From the NCBI GenBank assembly GCA_965217895.1, contig CBDCJV010000002.1, positions 1,568,001-1,632,000 on the forward strand: a stretch of DNA of 64,000 nucleotides, written 5' to 3'. Every line of letters begins with the position of its first letter. Position 1 is the first letter of the stretch. The stretch comes from Waterburya sp. Lineage in GTDB: Bacteria > Cyanobacteriota > Cyanobacteriia > Cyanobacteriales > Xenococcaceae. The position numbers were made by a program, and so were the translations under genes. Below the pieces are notes generated by a model that was given only the letters and a program-made list of their open reading frames with translations, did not search any database and was not told the origin of the DNA. Of this stretch, positions 63,169-64,000 are shown in pieces.

Positions 63169-63190
63169 AAAAAATGCTGTCTAGTTTTAC

Positions 63191-64000
63191 TTAAGAATTA
63201 TTACCATTGTCTTGTTCGACAAAAGTGATGCGACGAGGCTTATTTAGCTGTTGGAGAATAGGCTGAAGTAGGGATAAGTTATCTTTGACACCTGCTAGAA
63301 CATTTTCTAGTTGAGCAGTTTTTTCTAAGGAAGCAAAACTTCTTTCTAAACCCTGCTGTATCTGCTGAAAATCAGTCATTTTCTGAGTGGCGGTTTCTAA
63401 AGAACCGACTCTACTTTCCAAAACTTGAGCAGCTTTTTCTAGCTGCTGGCTAATTCCTAGGGTTTGAGCATTGAGATCGTTGGCAACTGCCATATTTTTA
63501 CTTCTAATCTCGTCTAAAATTGCGCGAATTTGCACAACTAACTCTTGGTTTGCTTGCTGTTGCTCGGCAAAAAAGCTTAAAAACTCATGGCGATCGCGAT
63601 CTGCCATTTTTCTGACTTCGGCAACTTGAGCAATGACCTGAGAGCTAACGTCTTGAACCTTACCTATTTCCAATAAAAATCCTTTAGATAGTCTTTTGGC
63701 AGCTTGTTCAGCGTAGGCATTGGCTGGCTGGATCAAGTCTTGAGGTTGAGGAAAATATTCTTTGATTGCACCTTCTACAGCTCGATCGATAGTTTCTGGA
63801 TCTAGCTGTTCATTTTTCTTTTTTAATCGAGGTAACAATTTATCGTTGATAAAGACATCAATTCCCAAAAGTAATTTAGACTCGTACTTTTCAACTATCA
63901 CTAAGGGAATCATCACCAAGACACTCAGAAACAGTGCTAACAAAGTAGTATCAAACGCAACCCCTAAACCTTGTGTTACTGCTCCAATTCCCGCTTTAAT
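63191..64000 (-). CDS. MotA/TolQ/ExbB proton-channel family protein with long helical tail; 5' end beyond the window
   Basis: Frame stays open to the edge: IKAGIGAVTQGLGVAFDTTLLALFLSV. Confidence 0.8.
   Translation of the reverse strand: MKAGIGAVTQGLGVAFDTTLLALFLSVLVMIPLVIVEKYESKLLLGIDVFINDKLLPRLKKKNEQLDPETIDRAVEGAIKEYFPQPQDLIQPANAYAEQAAKRLSKGFLLEIGKVQDVSSQVIAQVAEVRKMADRDRHEFLSFFAEQQQANQELVVQIRAILDEIRSKNMAVANDLNAQTLGISQQLEKAAQVLESRVGSLETATQKMTDFQQIQQGLERSFASLEKTAQLENVLAGVKDNLSLLQPILQQLNKPRRITFVEQDNGNNS

Noticed and set aside
61949..64000. Zorya anti-phage system
   Set aside because: No OmpA-like ZorB domain and no zorC/D/E downstream; kept only as an uncharacterised motor-like operon

Overview
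AT-rich cyanobacterial chromosomal window, with HIP1 GCGATCGC throughout, heptamer tandem repeats and gene content suggestive of Pleurocapsales. The backbone carries recJ, nifU/nfuA, an LptF/G-type permease, two RND efflux operons with local regulators (HxlR, TetR), cysK, rpe, ackA, mscS, a stand-alone groEL with CIRCE and K-box, a complete olefin synthase (ols: FAAL-ACP-KS-AT-KR-ACP-ST-TE), glk, two GT-C glycosyltransferases, nfi, and a MotA/TolQ/ExbB gene followed by two ExbD-like genes. Three accessory patches interrupt it. (1) 24.0-25.95 kb: a decayed AhdI-like C-R / (M)-S restriction-modification island plus a hairpin-disrupted hicB. (2) 31.8-35.4 kb: Tn3 and IS6 remnants, a decapitated hydrolase-SBP fusion gene and a glgP::ydeI chimera. 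(3) 51.4-55.1 kb: two integron-type gene cassettes, each ending in a recognisable attC site with no integrase in the window, next to a tnpB-only IS200/IS605 element. Small GTAG-palindromic (REP-like) elements occur between genes and in-frame inside ols. All calls come from reading motifs by eye; no database search was run.
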